The notes: generated by a model not told the origin, from the letters alone. A DNA stretch of 64,000 bases from an uncultured delta proteobacterium (GCA_963796055.1 CAWCKH010000004.1:1-64000), one strand, 5' to 3'. Shown: positions 30,124-39,286, numbered from the stretch's first letter. Program-made: numbers and translations.

Positions 30124-30363
30124 ATGCAGACACCCCAGCTTCTACTCACCGTCGAGGAGGCTGCTCCGCTGTTCCGACGCTCTCGGAGCTCGCTCTACGC
30201 AGCCATCCAAAGAGGTGAAGTGAAGATCGGCGTTGTCCGGATCGGGTCCAAGATTCTGATTTCCCGTCCCGCCATCCTCCGTTGGCTCGATAGCGCCGGT
30301 CTCCCGTCCTCGGAATCAGGGGGCACTCGAGAGACCCTGCGCCGCCCGGCCGACTCGAACTAG
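30124..30363 (+). CDS. excisionase-like HTH protein
   Basis: LLTVEEAAPLFRRSRSSLYAAIQRGEV..VRIGSKILI; directly upstream of int. Confidence 0.8.
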   Translation: MQTPQLLLTVEEAAPLFRRSRSSLYAAIQRGEVKIGVVRIGSKILISRPAILRWLDSAGLPSSESGGTRETLRRPADSN

Positions 30364-30374
30364 CATCCCAGGCG

Positions 30375-31610
30375 ATGAGTGTCCGCAAGCGCACCTGGCA
30401 AACGCGTGGCGGCGAGACGCGGTCCGTCTGGTTCATCCAGTTCACGTACCGTCACCCCGACGGTTCCGTCACCGCCATCCGACAGCGAGCACAGACCAAC
30501 ACCGAGCGTGCAGCCAAGGACGAGGAACGTGAACTGCGGGCCGCGCTCCTGGCAGGCACCTACGGCAAGCGAACTGACATCCTGACGCTCCGACAGCTCG
30601 CGGACGAGTTCTTCCGGCTCCATCGCCCAAGAGTGAAGCGCTCGACCATGGAGTACTACCGGTCGAAGATTCTGAGCCACGTCGTGCCGGCCCTCGGCGA
30701 CTTGAAGGTGACGGCCGTGTCGACGGCCACGGTTGCCGACTTCACTGCTGAGCTCTTCGCCAAGTGCAGTCCCGGCGGCGTCAACTCCATCCTCCGCGCG
30801 TTCCGGGCGTTGCTCGGGTTCGGCGTGGAGCAAGGCCTCCTCGAGAAAGTGCCCGACGTTCAAATGGTCGAGGAGCCCAACCCGGATGAGGAGCTTCAAT
30901 TCGTCTCGGCCGCCGAGACCGCTTCGTTCCTCGCGGCGGTGCTGGAGTTCGAACCCGAGTGGCACCTGTTCTTCGTCGTGGCCTTCCGTACCGGCCTACG
31001 AATCGGCGAGCTCATCGAGCTCCGCTGGAAGGACGTGAACCTCGAGCGCCACGAGCTCCATGTGCGCCGCGCGAGGTACGATGGGGACATCACCACGCCC
31101 AAGAGCGGGCGCGCACGGATCGTCCCCTTCCCGTCCGAGGTGGCCAGAGCCCTACGGCCCATTGTCGCTGCGACCGAGCGACTCGTGTTCGGCTACGAGG
31201 ACGGGACTCCCTTCGACCGTTACGTGGCGCGCCCCCCCATCGAGCGCGTCTGCCAGCGCATCGAGATGCAGCCGTTCAACATCCACATGACCCGACACAG
31301 CTATGCCTCTCACTTGGTCCAGAGAGGCGTGCCGCTGGCCACGGTGGCCAAGCTGCTCGGCCAGAGCGTGCTCACGGTGACTGCGCGCTATGCACACCTG
31401 GGCAGGAGCGACCTCCACGATGCGGTGCGGGTGCTCGAGCCCAGCTTCCAACCGCGTCCAGCGCCGCCCGCGACAAGTCGAAGCACAAGGGAAGCACACG
31501 CGGGAACTGCTGAGGCGCCGAGCGGACCAAAAGTCCTGCAATTTCCTGGGCGACCAACCGGGATTGAACCGGTAACCCCCGGAGCCACAGTCCGGTGCTC
31601 TACCAATTGA
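30375..31610 (+). CDS. tyrosine recombinase/integrase; 3' end overlaps tRNA-His antisense
   Basis: RTGLRIGEL, TPKSG, HMTRH, LGQS and ARYAH motifs; N-terminal arm-binding-like region. Confidence 0.95.
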   Translation: MSVRKRTWQTRGGETRSVWFIQFTYRHPDGSVTAIRQRAQTNTERAAKDEERELRAALLAGTYGKRTDILTLRQLADEFFRLHRPRVKRSTMEYYRSKILSHVVPALGDLKVTAVSTATVADFTAELFAKCSPGGVNSILRAFRALLGFGVEQGLLEKVPDVQMVEEPNPDEELQFVSAAETASFLAAVLEFEPEWHLFFVVAFRTGLRIGELIELRWKDVNLERHELHVRRARYDGDITTPKSGRARIVPFPSEVARALRPIVAATERLVFGYEDGTPFDRYVARPPIERVCQRIEMQPFNIHMTRHSYASHLVQRGVPLATVAKLLGQSVLTVTARYAHLGRSDLHDAVRVLEPSFQPRPAPPATSRSTREAHAGTAEAPSGPKVLQFPGRPTGIEPVTPGATVRCSTN

Positions 31611-31622
31611 GCTATGATCGCC
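31549..31622 (-). tRNA. tRNA-His(GTG)
   Basis: Cloverleaf GGCGATCATAGCTCAATTGGTAGAGCACCGGACTGTGGCTCCGGGGGTTACCGGTTCAATCCCGGTTGGTCGCC with G-1:C73 pair. Confidence 0.97.
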
Positions 31623-31755
31623 GTGCTGCGAGCGGGGTCACGTAGCCGAGTTCCCCTGCGACTTCAAGCCGATGCGCGCGGTGTTCACCCCCCGTCCATC
31701 GCCCCGGGGGACCTGTAAGACCTGCCCCCGCTGGAACAGACATGGTCGGCGGCCC

Positions 31756-33573
31756 ATGGGACTCCGGATCGAGGACTATGCCGTCATCGGCGATACCCAG
31801 AGCGCAGCGCTGGTCGGGACGAACGGCAGCATCGACTGGCTCTGCCTCCCCCGCTTCGACTCGGGAGCCTGCTTCGCGGCGCTCCTCGGCACGCCCGACC
31901 ACGGACGGTGGCTCCTCGCCCCCGAGGGGCCGGTCCGCCGGACACGGCGGCGCTACCGCGGCGACTCGCTGGTGCTCGAGACCGAGTTCCACACCGACGA
32001 CGGGGTGGTACGGGTCGTCGACGGCATGCCCGTCCGCACCCGCTGGCCGGACCTCGCCCGCATGGTGGAGGGCGTGGAGGGCAAGGTCCGGATGCGGATG
32101 GAGCTGGTCATCCGCTTCGACTACGGCTCCATCGTCCCCTGGGTGCGCAAGGGCCGGGAGAACGCGCTCCTGGCCATCGGAGGCCCGGACGCCCTCGAGG
32201 TCCTCTCCCCCGTCCCCACCCGCGGCGAGGGGTTGACCACCGTCGCCCGCTTCGACGTCTCCCCGGGCGAGCGCGTCCCGTTCCTGCTCACCTGGCATCC
32301 GAGCCATGAGGACCCGCCCCTCTCCACCGACCCGGTGCACGCGCTGGCGGAGACCGAGCGGTACTGGCAGCGCTGGTCGGACCGGTGCAGCTACAAGGGA
32401 CCCTGGCGCGAGGCGGTGGTCCGGTCGCTGCTGACCTTGAAGGCCCTCATCTACGCGCCCACCGGCGGCATCGTGGCCGCGGCCACCACCTCCCTGCCCG
32501 AGCAGATCGGCGGAGTGCGCAACTGGGACTACCGCTACTGCTGGGTGCGCGACGCCACCTTGTGCCTCTATGCGCTGCTGCAAGGCGGCTACATCGAGGA
32601 GGCGCGGGCCTGGCGCGACTGGCTCCTGCGGAGCGTGGCCGGAAGCCCCGATGATCTCCGCACGCTCTATGGCGTGCGGGGAGAGCGGCGCCTCACCGAG
32701 CTCGAGCTCCCGTGGCTGCCGGGCTACGAGCAGAGCCGTCCGGTGCGGGTGGGGAACGCCGCCGTCGACCAGCTCCAGCTCGACGTCTACGGCGAGCTGA
32801 TGGACGCGCTCTACACCGCGCGCCGGGTGGGCCTCTCCCACAGCGAGAATGCCTGGCGGGTGCAGTGCAAGCTGATGGAGTGGCTGGAGCGCAACTGGTC
32901 CCAGCCCGATGAGGGCATCTGGGAGGTCCGGGGGCCCCGGCAGCAGTTCACCCACTCCAAGGTCATGTGCTGGGTGGCACTCGACCGGGCGGTGAAGATG
33001 GCCGAGCGATTCGGGCATCACGGTCCCGTCGACCGCTGGCGCGCGACGCGGGACCGGATCCACGCCGAGGTCTGCGAGAAGGGCTGGAACGCCGCGCGCG
33101 GCAGCTTCACCCAGTCCTACGGCAGCGACGCGCTGGACGCGAGCCTGCTCCTCATCCCCCAGGTGGGCTTCCTCCCGGCGTCGGACCCGAGGGTGGTGAA
33201 GACGGTGGAGGCGATCCAGCGCGAGCTGGTCGACGACGGCTTTGTTCTCCGCTACCGGACCTCGGCCTCGGTCGACGGGCTCCCTCCCGGGGAAGGCGCC
33301 TTCCTTCCCTGCAGCTTCTGGCTCGTGGACGCGCTCGCCATTCTGGGGCGGCAGGACGAGGCCAGCGCACTCTTCGAACGGCTGCTGGCGGTGCGGAACG
33401 ACGTGGGGCTGCTGAGCGAGGAGTACGACCCCCGGGCCCGGAGGCTGGTGGGCAACTTCCCCCAGGCGTTCAGCCACATCACCCTGGTCGACACCGCCTC
33501 CAACCTGGCGCGCCTGCCGTCCGCGCCGGGACAGCACCGCGGCGACGGAGGGGGCCGAGCAGGTTCGGAGTGA
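31756..33573 (+). CDS. glycoside hydrolase family 15 (trehalase/glucoamylase-like)
   Basis: IEDYAVIGD, RNWDYRYCWVRD, QLDVYGE, GIWEVRG and GNFPQAFSH motifs. Confidence 0.93.
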   Translation: MGLRIEDYAVIGDTQSAALVGTNGSIDWLCLPRFDSGACFAALLGTPDHGRWLLAPEGPVRRTRRRYRGDSLVLETEFHTDDGVVRVVDGMPVRTRWPDLARMVEGVEGKVRMRMELVIRFDYGSIVPWVRKGRENALLAIGGPDALEVLSPVPTRGEGLTTVARFDVSPGERVPFLLTWHPSHEDPPLSTDPVHALAETERYWQRWSDRCSYKGPWREAVVRSLLTLKALIYAPTGGIVAAATTSLPEQIGGVRNWDYRYCWVRDATLCLYALLQGGYIEEARAWRDWLLRSVAGSPDDLRTLYGVRGERRLTELELPWLPGYEQSRPVRVGNAAVDQLQLDVYGELMDALYTARRVGLSHSENAWRVQCKLMEWLERNWSQPDEGIWEVRGPRQQFTHSKVMCWVALDRAVKMAERFGHHGPVDRWRATRDRIHAEVCEKGWNAARGSFTQSYGSDALDASLLLIPQVGFLPASDPRVVKTVEAIQRELVDDGFVLRYRTSASVDGLPPGEGAFLPCSFWLVDALAILGRQDEASALFERLLAVRNDVGLLSEEYDPRARRLVGNFPQAFSHITLVDTASNLARLPSAPGQHRGDGGGRAGSE

Positions 33574-33616
33574 TGGATCGCGCGGTGTCGTGACAAGCTA
33601 GGGCACTGATCCGCTG

Positions 33617-34894
33617 GTGACGACCCCGTCCTCCGCCCCGCGCCTCGCCGCGCTCGTCCTGGCGCTCGCCGCCACGCCCGCGGGCGCGCGGGTCGCCGTG
33701 CTCCCGCTCAGCGGACCCAGGAACCACACCCTGGAGCGCCAGCTGGCCTCCTCCATCTGCGCGAAGATGGGCTGCGTCCCCGCCTCCAACGTGATGAGCG
33801 GCAAGAAGGTGGACTGGGACAAGGTCCGGCGGGCTCGCCTCGAGGGCGTGGTGGTCGGCGGCCTGTCCAAGGCCACCCGGCCCCAGGTGCTCGAGGTCAG
33901 CTTCCTCACCCCCGACGGGCAACGGGCCTGGCGTCAGCGCTACACCATCGTCAACGGACGCATCTCCTCCACCAACCTGGTGCAGATCCGCGACGGCATC
34001 CTGGCCACAGCAAGGCCCGCTCCGGCCGCCGCACCCGCCCCCCAGCCTCCGCCGAGGGCCGCTCCCCCCGCCGCCGCGGGAACCGCGGCCGCGCCGCCCG
34101 CGCCTCCGCCCGGGGAGATCGCCCCTCCGCCCGCAGGCACGGACATCTCGGCCGCGGGCACCGCCGCCGACCTCGGCGGACCTCCCAAGCCGGACCTGTT
34201 CGAGCTGGAGATCGCCGCCCAGGTCCTCCACCGCAGCTGGAGCTACTCGGACTACGACCCCGCCGGCGGGCTGCGCACCTACAGCCTCTCGCTCTACACC
34301 CAGCCCCGGGCGCGGCTCGGCGTGTACCCATTGCGCTCTGCCGAGGGATTGTTCGCCGCGGCCGGGGTGGAGCTGTCCGGGGCGGTGGCAATCGGAACGG
34401 TGCTCGCCGGGAATGACCCGGCAGCTCCGAGGTTCCCGCTGAGCCTGTGGTGGATGGACGCGGGCCTGCGGGTCCGCCTTCGTCTGGGGAGCTGGACGCT
34501 CGGACCCGGGGCCGGTTTTCATCTGTCACATCAATCCGTCAACCCGAACTCCCAGGGGGCCCGGCTCGACGGGGTCCCCACCGTGGACGCCAAGGCCCTC
34601 CGGGTCGGGCTCGAATTCGGTGGCCCCATCGCCGGCGCGTTCGGGCTCACCGGAGAATTCAACTACCTCCTGGTGCTCTCCACGGGGGTGGATACCGCCG
34701 AATTCCCCGACCAGAGTGCGGGACCCGCGTTCGAGGGGCGGCTGGGCGCGACCTGGCAGGTCTCTCGCGTGCTCCGGTTGTTCCTGGCCGGCACCTACTT
34801 CCAGGAGAACTACAACCTCAACGCCCCGGGACGCGCTGACAGTGCGCAAGCCGCCGTCTTCGGTGGGGAGCTGGGCTTCCGGCTGGGTCTCTGA
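33617..34894 (+). CDS. secreted protein: N-domain, Pro-rich linker, probable outer-membrane beta-barrel
   Basis: Signal peptide, alternating beta-strand pattern, terminal GGELGFRLGL; paralogous to 37434-38852. Confidence 0.65.
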   Translation: MTTPSSAPRLAALVLALAATPAGARVAVLPLSGPRNHTLERQLASSICAKMGCVPASNVMSGKKVDWDKVRRARLEGVVVGGLSKATRPQVLEVSFLTPDGQRAWRQRYTIVNGRISSTNLVQIRDGILATARPAPAAAPAPQPPPRAAPPAAAGTAAAPPAPPPGEIAPPPAGTDISAAGTAADLGGPPKPDLFELEIAAQVLHRSWSYSDYDPAGGLRTYSLSLYTQPRARLGVYPLRSAEGLFAAAGVELSGAVAIGTVLAGNDPAAPRFPLSLWWMDAGLRVRLRLGSWTLGPGAGFHLSHQSVNPNSQGARLDGVPTVDAKALRVGLEFGGPIAGAFGLTGEFNYLLVLSTGVDTAEFPDQSAGPAFEGRLGATWQVSRVLRLFLAGTYFQENYNLNAPGRADSAQAAVFGGELGFRLGL

Positions 34895-34959
34895 CGGAAG
34901 GCACCCGGTTCCGGCAATGACAGAGGTCCCTCTCCGAACCCTCCGCGCTAGAGTCGCCC

Positions 34960-35511
34960 ATGGTCATGACCAAGATGAACCGTCTTCTTTCGCTCCTCCT
35001 GCTGGTCGCGCTTCCCGCCGCGGCCACCGCGGCCCTCAAGGCGCGCCCGCCCTCCCAGGTCACGTTCGTCGCAGTGGGTCCCGCCGGACTGCGCATCGAG
35101 GGAAAGTCCACCGACCTCCAGGTCACCGACCGGCCCGACGCGCTGGTGGTCACCGTGCCCCTCGCCAGGCTCGAGACCGGCATCTCGCTCCGCGATCAGC
35201 ACATGAAGGAGAAGTACCTCGAGGCCCAGAAGTACCCCAACGCCCAGCTCGCCGTGTCGCGCACCGCGATCAAGTTCCCTCACGACGGCCAGACCACCGA
35301 GGGCACCGTGCCGGCGACGCTCGCCCTGCACGGGAAGTCCAAGACCGTCCCCGTGCACTACCGGGCGACTCGGCAGGGCCGCTCCTACGACGTCAAGGGC
35401 GATCTGAAGGTCGACTTCCGAGAGTTCGGCATCGAGATCCCCAATTACCTCGGCGCCACCGTGAAGCCGCCGGTGGACGTCAACGTCGCCTTCGTCGTGG
35501 ATGAGACGTAG
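34960..35511 (+). CDS. YceI-family protein
   Basis: LETGISLRDQHMKEKYLE..KYP, LALHG, DFREFGI. Confidence 0.88.
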   Translation: MVMTKMNRLLSLLLLVALPAAATAALKARPPSQVTFVAVGPAGLRIEGKSTDLQVTDRPDALVVTVPLARLETGISLRDQHMKEKYLEAQKYPNAQLAVSRTAIKFPHDGQTTEGTVPATLALHGKSKTVPVHYRATRQGRSYDVKGDLKVDFREFGIEIPNYLGATVKPPVDVNVAFVVDET

Positions 35512-36715
35512 CGGCCGCCGCGGTCCGCTCTTGCTGACGGCCGCCGTGCTCCTCATCCCGGGCGCGGCGCGCGCATATCCGTGGATGATTCGCCACGGCT
35601 ACAGCGGCTGCGGCGTCTGCCACATCGACCCCTCCGGTGCCGGACTCCTCACCGACTACGGGCGGGCCCAGTCGGACCTCCTGATGGCCACCCGGTGGAC
35701 GCCGGAGAAGTCCGAGGAGGCGAGCCCCACCGCCGACTTCGGATTCGGTCTCTTCAAGCTCCCCGACTGGCTGTTCCTCGGAATCACCTACCGCGGGGGC
35801 GAGCTGTTCGCCCGTTCCACCACCAGCGACGACTCCGGGTTGCAGCAGAGCACCGCCACCGACCATCGGTGGCTCCACATGCTGGCGGACTTCCGTGCCG
35901 GCCTGCGCATCGGCCGGTTCCGGGCCTCCGGTGCCATTGGCTGGCTCCAGATCCCGGCCTCGGCGATCAGCGTGACCTCCAAGCCCCAGAACAACATCGT
36001 CGCCCGCGAGTTCTGGGCCGGCTGGGAGCTCGGCGAGGAGGCGGGGCTGGTCCGCGGCGGGCGCATCAACCTTCCCTTCGGCCTGAGGAACGTCGAGCAC
36101 ACCGCCTGGGTGCGCTCGGCCACCCGCACCGACATCAACGAGGACCAGCAGTACGGAGTGTCGCTGCTCCTCGCGGGTGAGACGGTGCGCGGGGAGATCA
36201 TGGCCATCGCCGGCAACTACCAGGTGAAGCCCGACGAGTACCGGGAACGCGGCTATTCCGGGTACGTCGAGGCCATGGTGGCGCCCTCGGTGGCCCTGGG
36301 GCTGAGCAGCCTCGTCACCCGCGCCGAGGCCGGGCTGTCCACCAAGATGCCCACGCTGCGGCAGGCGCACGGCGCATTCCTGCGCTGGGGCATCCTCCCG
36401 GAGCTGGGACTCCTCGCCGAGGCCGACGTCCTCTTGCAGCAACGGCTGGGGAGCGGGGTACTCGAGGCCGGCTCGACCACCTGGAGCCAGCTCGATTGGG
36501 AGCCCATCCAGGGGCTCCACCTGATGCCGGCGTTCGAGACCTGGAAGCAGTACGGGGACGTGAGCGGGGTCTCGACCGGCGAGTGGATCACCGTGGACTG
36601 GTTTCCCTGGAGCCACCTCGAGCTGCGGATCGACCTGTTCTTCCGGCAGCAACCGCAGACCGGCGGCTCCACCGACAGCGTCGGGGCCCTCTTCCAGGTG
36701 CACGTGCTGCTGTGA
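35501..36715 (+). CDS. outer-membrane beta-barrel with an N-terminal CxxCH heme motif
   Basis: AYPWMIRHGYSGCGVCHIDPSGAGLLTDYGR; terminal ALFQVHVLL. Confidence 0.7.
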   Translation: MRRSGRRGPLLLTAAVLLIPGAARAYPWMIRHGYSGCGVCHIDPSGAGLLTDYGRAQSDLLMATRWTPEKSEEASPTADFGFGLFKLPDWLFLGITYRGGELFARSTTSDDSGLQQSTATDHRWLHMLADFRAGLRIGRFRASGAIGWLQIPASAISVTSKPQNNIVAREFWAGWELGEEAGLVRGGRINLPFGLRNVEHTAWVRSATRTDINEDQQYGVSLLLAGETVRGEIMAIAGNYQVKPDEYRERGYSGYVEAMVAPSVALGLSSLVTRAEAGLSTKMPTLRQAHGAFLRWGILPELGLLAEADVLLQQRLGSGVLEAGSTTWSQLDWEPIQGLHLMPAFETWKQYGDVSGVSTGEWITVDWFPWSHLELRIDLFFRQQPQTGGSTDSVGALFQVHVLL

Positions 36716-36716
36716 G

Positions 36717-37430
36717 ATGCCTCGGCCCTGGATGGGGCGCGGGACCGAGCACGGGCAGGTGAGCGGGCCACCGCCCGCGGCGGCCGGTAGGCTGAAGCCG
36801 CTCCTTCGCCGCGCCCTGTGGGTCCTGGGGACGGGAGCCGCCTTCCTGCTCCTGGCGGTGCTGGGCCTCGGTCTGGCAAGCCTGCTCTCTCCCGGCGAGT
36901 CGTTCCGGCCGGACCCCGAGCCGGTCCCCGTCGCGCGCCCGGCACCGCGTCCCCAGCCGCCCGAGCCGGTCCCCCCGCCCCCGCCGGCTGCGCTGCACGA
37001 GCCACCCCGCCCGCCTCCCGTCGCCGTGGAGCCCGAACCGCCGCGTCCGCTCCTCCCCGCCACGACCCTCACCCTTCCTACCCGCCTCCGCCTCCGGCGG
37101 GAGCTGATTCACGGCCTGGCAGAGCTCAAGGACGAGCTGGGGCGCTGTCCCGCCGACCCGGTCGCGCCGCCACCCGGCCGGCGCGCCGCGCTGGTGCTGG
37201 ACACGGTGACCGAGGCCGAGGCGGTGCGGGTGGTGGGCAGCAGGCTGGAGGCGGACGGCCCGGTCAACGATGGCTTCGTCTCCTGCGCTCGCTCGGTGCT
37301 CGAGGGAAAGCGGCTCCCCACCCCCGGAGCCGCCGCCGGGGCGCGGTTGCGCCTCGTCCTCCCGATCGGTCCGAAGGGGAACTCGCTCTCGATCTCGGCG
37401 GCGTCGCTCTCCGAGGCCGAACGGCCATGA
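36717..37430 (+). CDS. hypothetical membrane-anchored Pro-rich protein
   Basis: TM segment, Pro-rich linker, C-terminal domain with two Cys. Confidence 0.55.
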   Translation: MPRPWMGRGTEHGQVSGPPPAAAGRLKPLLRRALWVLGTGAAFLLLAVLGLGLASLLSPGESFRPDPEPVPVARPAPRPQPPEPVPPPPPAALHEPPRPPPVAVEPEPPRPLLPATTLTLPTRLRLRRELIHGLAELKDELGRCPADPVAPPPGRRAALVLDTVTEAEAVRVVGSRLEADGPVNDGFVSCARSVLEGKRLPTPGAAAGARLRLVLPIGPKGNSLSISAASLSEAERP

Positions 37431-37433
37431 GCG

Positions 37434-38852
37434 CTACAGCCGCCAGGCCAGCCAGAGACCGCCGCTGAGGTACGTGTCCGTCGCCCCACCGGCCACGTGC
37501 GAGTCGCCGGGCTCGGGGTTGAAGGTGAACCCGTAGCGCTGCACCGCGCCCATCAGCCGGATCTCGAACGAGCGCCCGAGCTCGATCCCGAAGCCGACGT
37601 TGGCGTCCAGGCCCATCGACGACTGCCGCGGGAACCACGCCGCGCTGCCGATCTCCCCGACCGCGAACAGGTGGCGGTACGCCGCGCCGCCCAGGAACGA
37701 CACCGGCCCGAAGAGCGAGAAGCGGAAATCCACCCCGGCGGCCAGGGCCGAGTAGCCCACGTCGGGGATGTCCGGCCTGGGACTAGAGGCGGTCCCGGAG
37801 ATGGTGAACGTCTGGCGCTCGAAGCGCGCCTCGAGCCCCAGGTGCGACTTCTCGCCGATGAGGAAGCGGTAGCCCAGCCCGGCCCCCCAGACCAGCGCCT
37901 TCGTGGGGTAGCTCGTCCCGTCCTGGGCCTGGGACTGCAGCCCGACCGACATCGCGATGTGGCCGGTGAAGTAGACGCGGCCGCCGAAGAGCGGCGCCCA
38001 GGTGAGCTCCACCGCCGGAGCCACCGCGGCGCCCAGCGAGTAGCCCTGGAGCGACTGGTTCAGGTCGTCTTTGTAGGTGAAGTTCCGGGTGAAGAGCGCC
38101 GCGCCGGCGGCGATGTCCAGCGCCGGGCGCTGCGAGTCGCGCGGCGAGGCGGCCTCGGCGCTGACCGTTCCCCCGACGATGCCCGGGTCGCCCGGCGGGG
38201 CGGACGCCGCCGCGGCAGCGGTCGGGAGCGGCGGTGCGGCGCCCGTGGGAAGGGCCGGCTCTCCGGGCGGAGGAGCTGCCCCTGCGGCGAGCGTGGGGCC
38301 CTGGGCTGGCGCTGCAGCGGCAGGGGCCGCAGCCACCGCGGCCACGCCTCCCACCGGGACGGGCTGGAGCGACCCGGGCCGGGGCGCCTTGGTGCCGCCC
38401 AGCGAGCGCTGGAAGCGCGGCTTCAGCTGCTTGGAGAGCACCTGTCCCAGGGCCTTGACGCTGGGCGCCTTCCAGGTCGCGTCGTCCACGATGGAGCCGG
38501 TCGCACCGTCGCGGACCTGGACCACGGCGAGCTGGCTGCTCCCCTTGTCCAGGGTGGTGACCCGGACAACCGCGTCGAGCTTCATCCCCAGCGCCAGCGC
38601 CTGGTACGCCCCGTCGGTGCCGAGCGTCTGACCGTACTTCTGGGCCTCGTCCTGGAGCCGGTTGTCGGGGACGGTCACGCCCTTCAGCGCGCCCAGCGCA
38701 GCCTTTCCCGCCACTGGCGCGCCCGGGCCGGTGGCCAGCACCCCGTAGCGGCGGGCGCTCTTCGACGCCGGGGCCTTGGCCTTCTTCGACGCGGCGAGGG
38801 CGGGGCTCGTCACCAGCGCGGCGAGGAACAGCAGCAGGGCGGAGGTCCTCAT
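37434..38852 (-). CDS. secreted protein with Pro/Ala linker and probable beta-barrel
   Basis: MRTSALLLFLAA signal; terminal LSGGLWLAWRL; same architecture as 33617-34894. Confidence 0.65.
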   Translation of the reverse strand: MRTSALLLFLAALVTSPALAASKKAKAPASKSARRYGVLATGPGAPVAGKAALGALKGVTVPDNRLQDEAQKYGQTLGTDGAYQALALGMKLDAVVRVTTLDKGSSQLAVVQVRDGATGSIVDDATWKAPSVKALGQVLSKQLKPRFQRSLGGTKAPRPGSLQPVPVGGVAAVAAAPAAAAPAQGPTLAAGAAPPPGEPALPTGAAPPLPTAAAAASAPPGDPGIVGGTVSAEAASPRDSQRPALDIAAGAALFTRNFTYKDDLNQSLQGYSLGAAVAPAVELTWAPLFGGRVYFTGHIAMSVGLQSQAQDGTSYPTKALVWGAGLGYRFLIGEKSHLGLEARFERQTFTISGTASSPRPDIPDVGYSALAAGVDFRFSLFGPVSFLGGAAYRHLFAVGEIGSAAWFPRQSSMGLDANVGFGIELGRSFEIRLMGAVQRYGFTFNPEPGDSHVAGGATDTYLSGGLWLAWRL

Positions 38853-39286
38853 TCCTCGCCCCCTGCAGCGAGGTTCCGCGTCCACTCGGCGATGCAGGTG
38901 ATCTCCCCGTTGGTGAGCCCGCCCCCGGGCGGCATCGACGAGGTGCAGGTCGGGTTCACCTGGCTGATCAGCTCCTGCAGCGTCCCGCCGTCGAGGTGGT
39001 CCACCCGAACACGGGGCGGACAGGCGTTGGTGCTGACGTCCACCAGCCGCGCACCGGCGTTCGCTGACTCGAGGTCCAGCCCGTTCTGGTGCACCGCGGC
39101 CGAGTGACAGCCGGAGACGCATTTCTTGAGGATGACCTCGGCCTTGGCCGGCTTGCCCAGGCTGGGGCAGACGAATCCGCTGACGTTCGAGCCTCCGTCT
39201 CCGAAGCGGTCCGGGTTGTCCAGGGAGCCCGCGCACCCTGCCAGCATCCACAGGCAGGTGAGGACCAACACACGTCGATGGAGCAC
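38849..39286 (-). CDS. lipoprotein, possible c-type cytochrome
   Basis: Lipobox LAGC; CVSGCH and distal MPP motifs. Confidence 0.6.
   Translation of the reverse strand: MLHRRVLVLTCLWMLAGCAGSLDNPDRFGDGGSNVSGFVCPSLGKPAKAEVILKKCVSGCHSAAVHQNGLDLESANAGARLVDVSTNACPPRVRVDHLDGGTLQELISQVNPTCTSSMPPGGGLTNGEITCIAEWTRNLAAGGEE

Larger units (their letters stand above)
20364..31594. mobile_element. integrase-encoding island at tRNA-His (tRNA-proximal unit)
   Basis: Bounded by att repeats; xis-like gene and int at the tRNA end; GCACAAGGGA(G/A)GCACACG near both ends (20461, 31483). Confidence 0.8.

Noticed and set aside
30375..31610. Classical integron integrase with attC cassettes
   Set aside because: No IntI-specific insertion was recognised, the protein has a phage-type N-terminus with an adjacent xis-like gene, and no attC-like palindromes were seen at unit boundaries.
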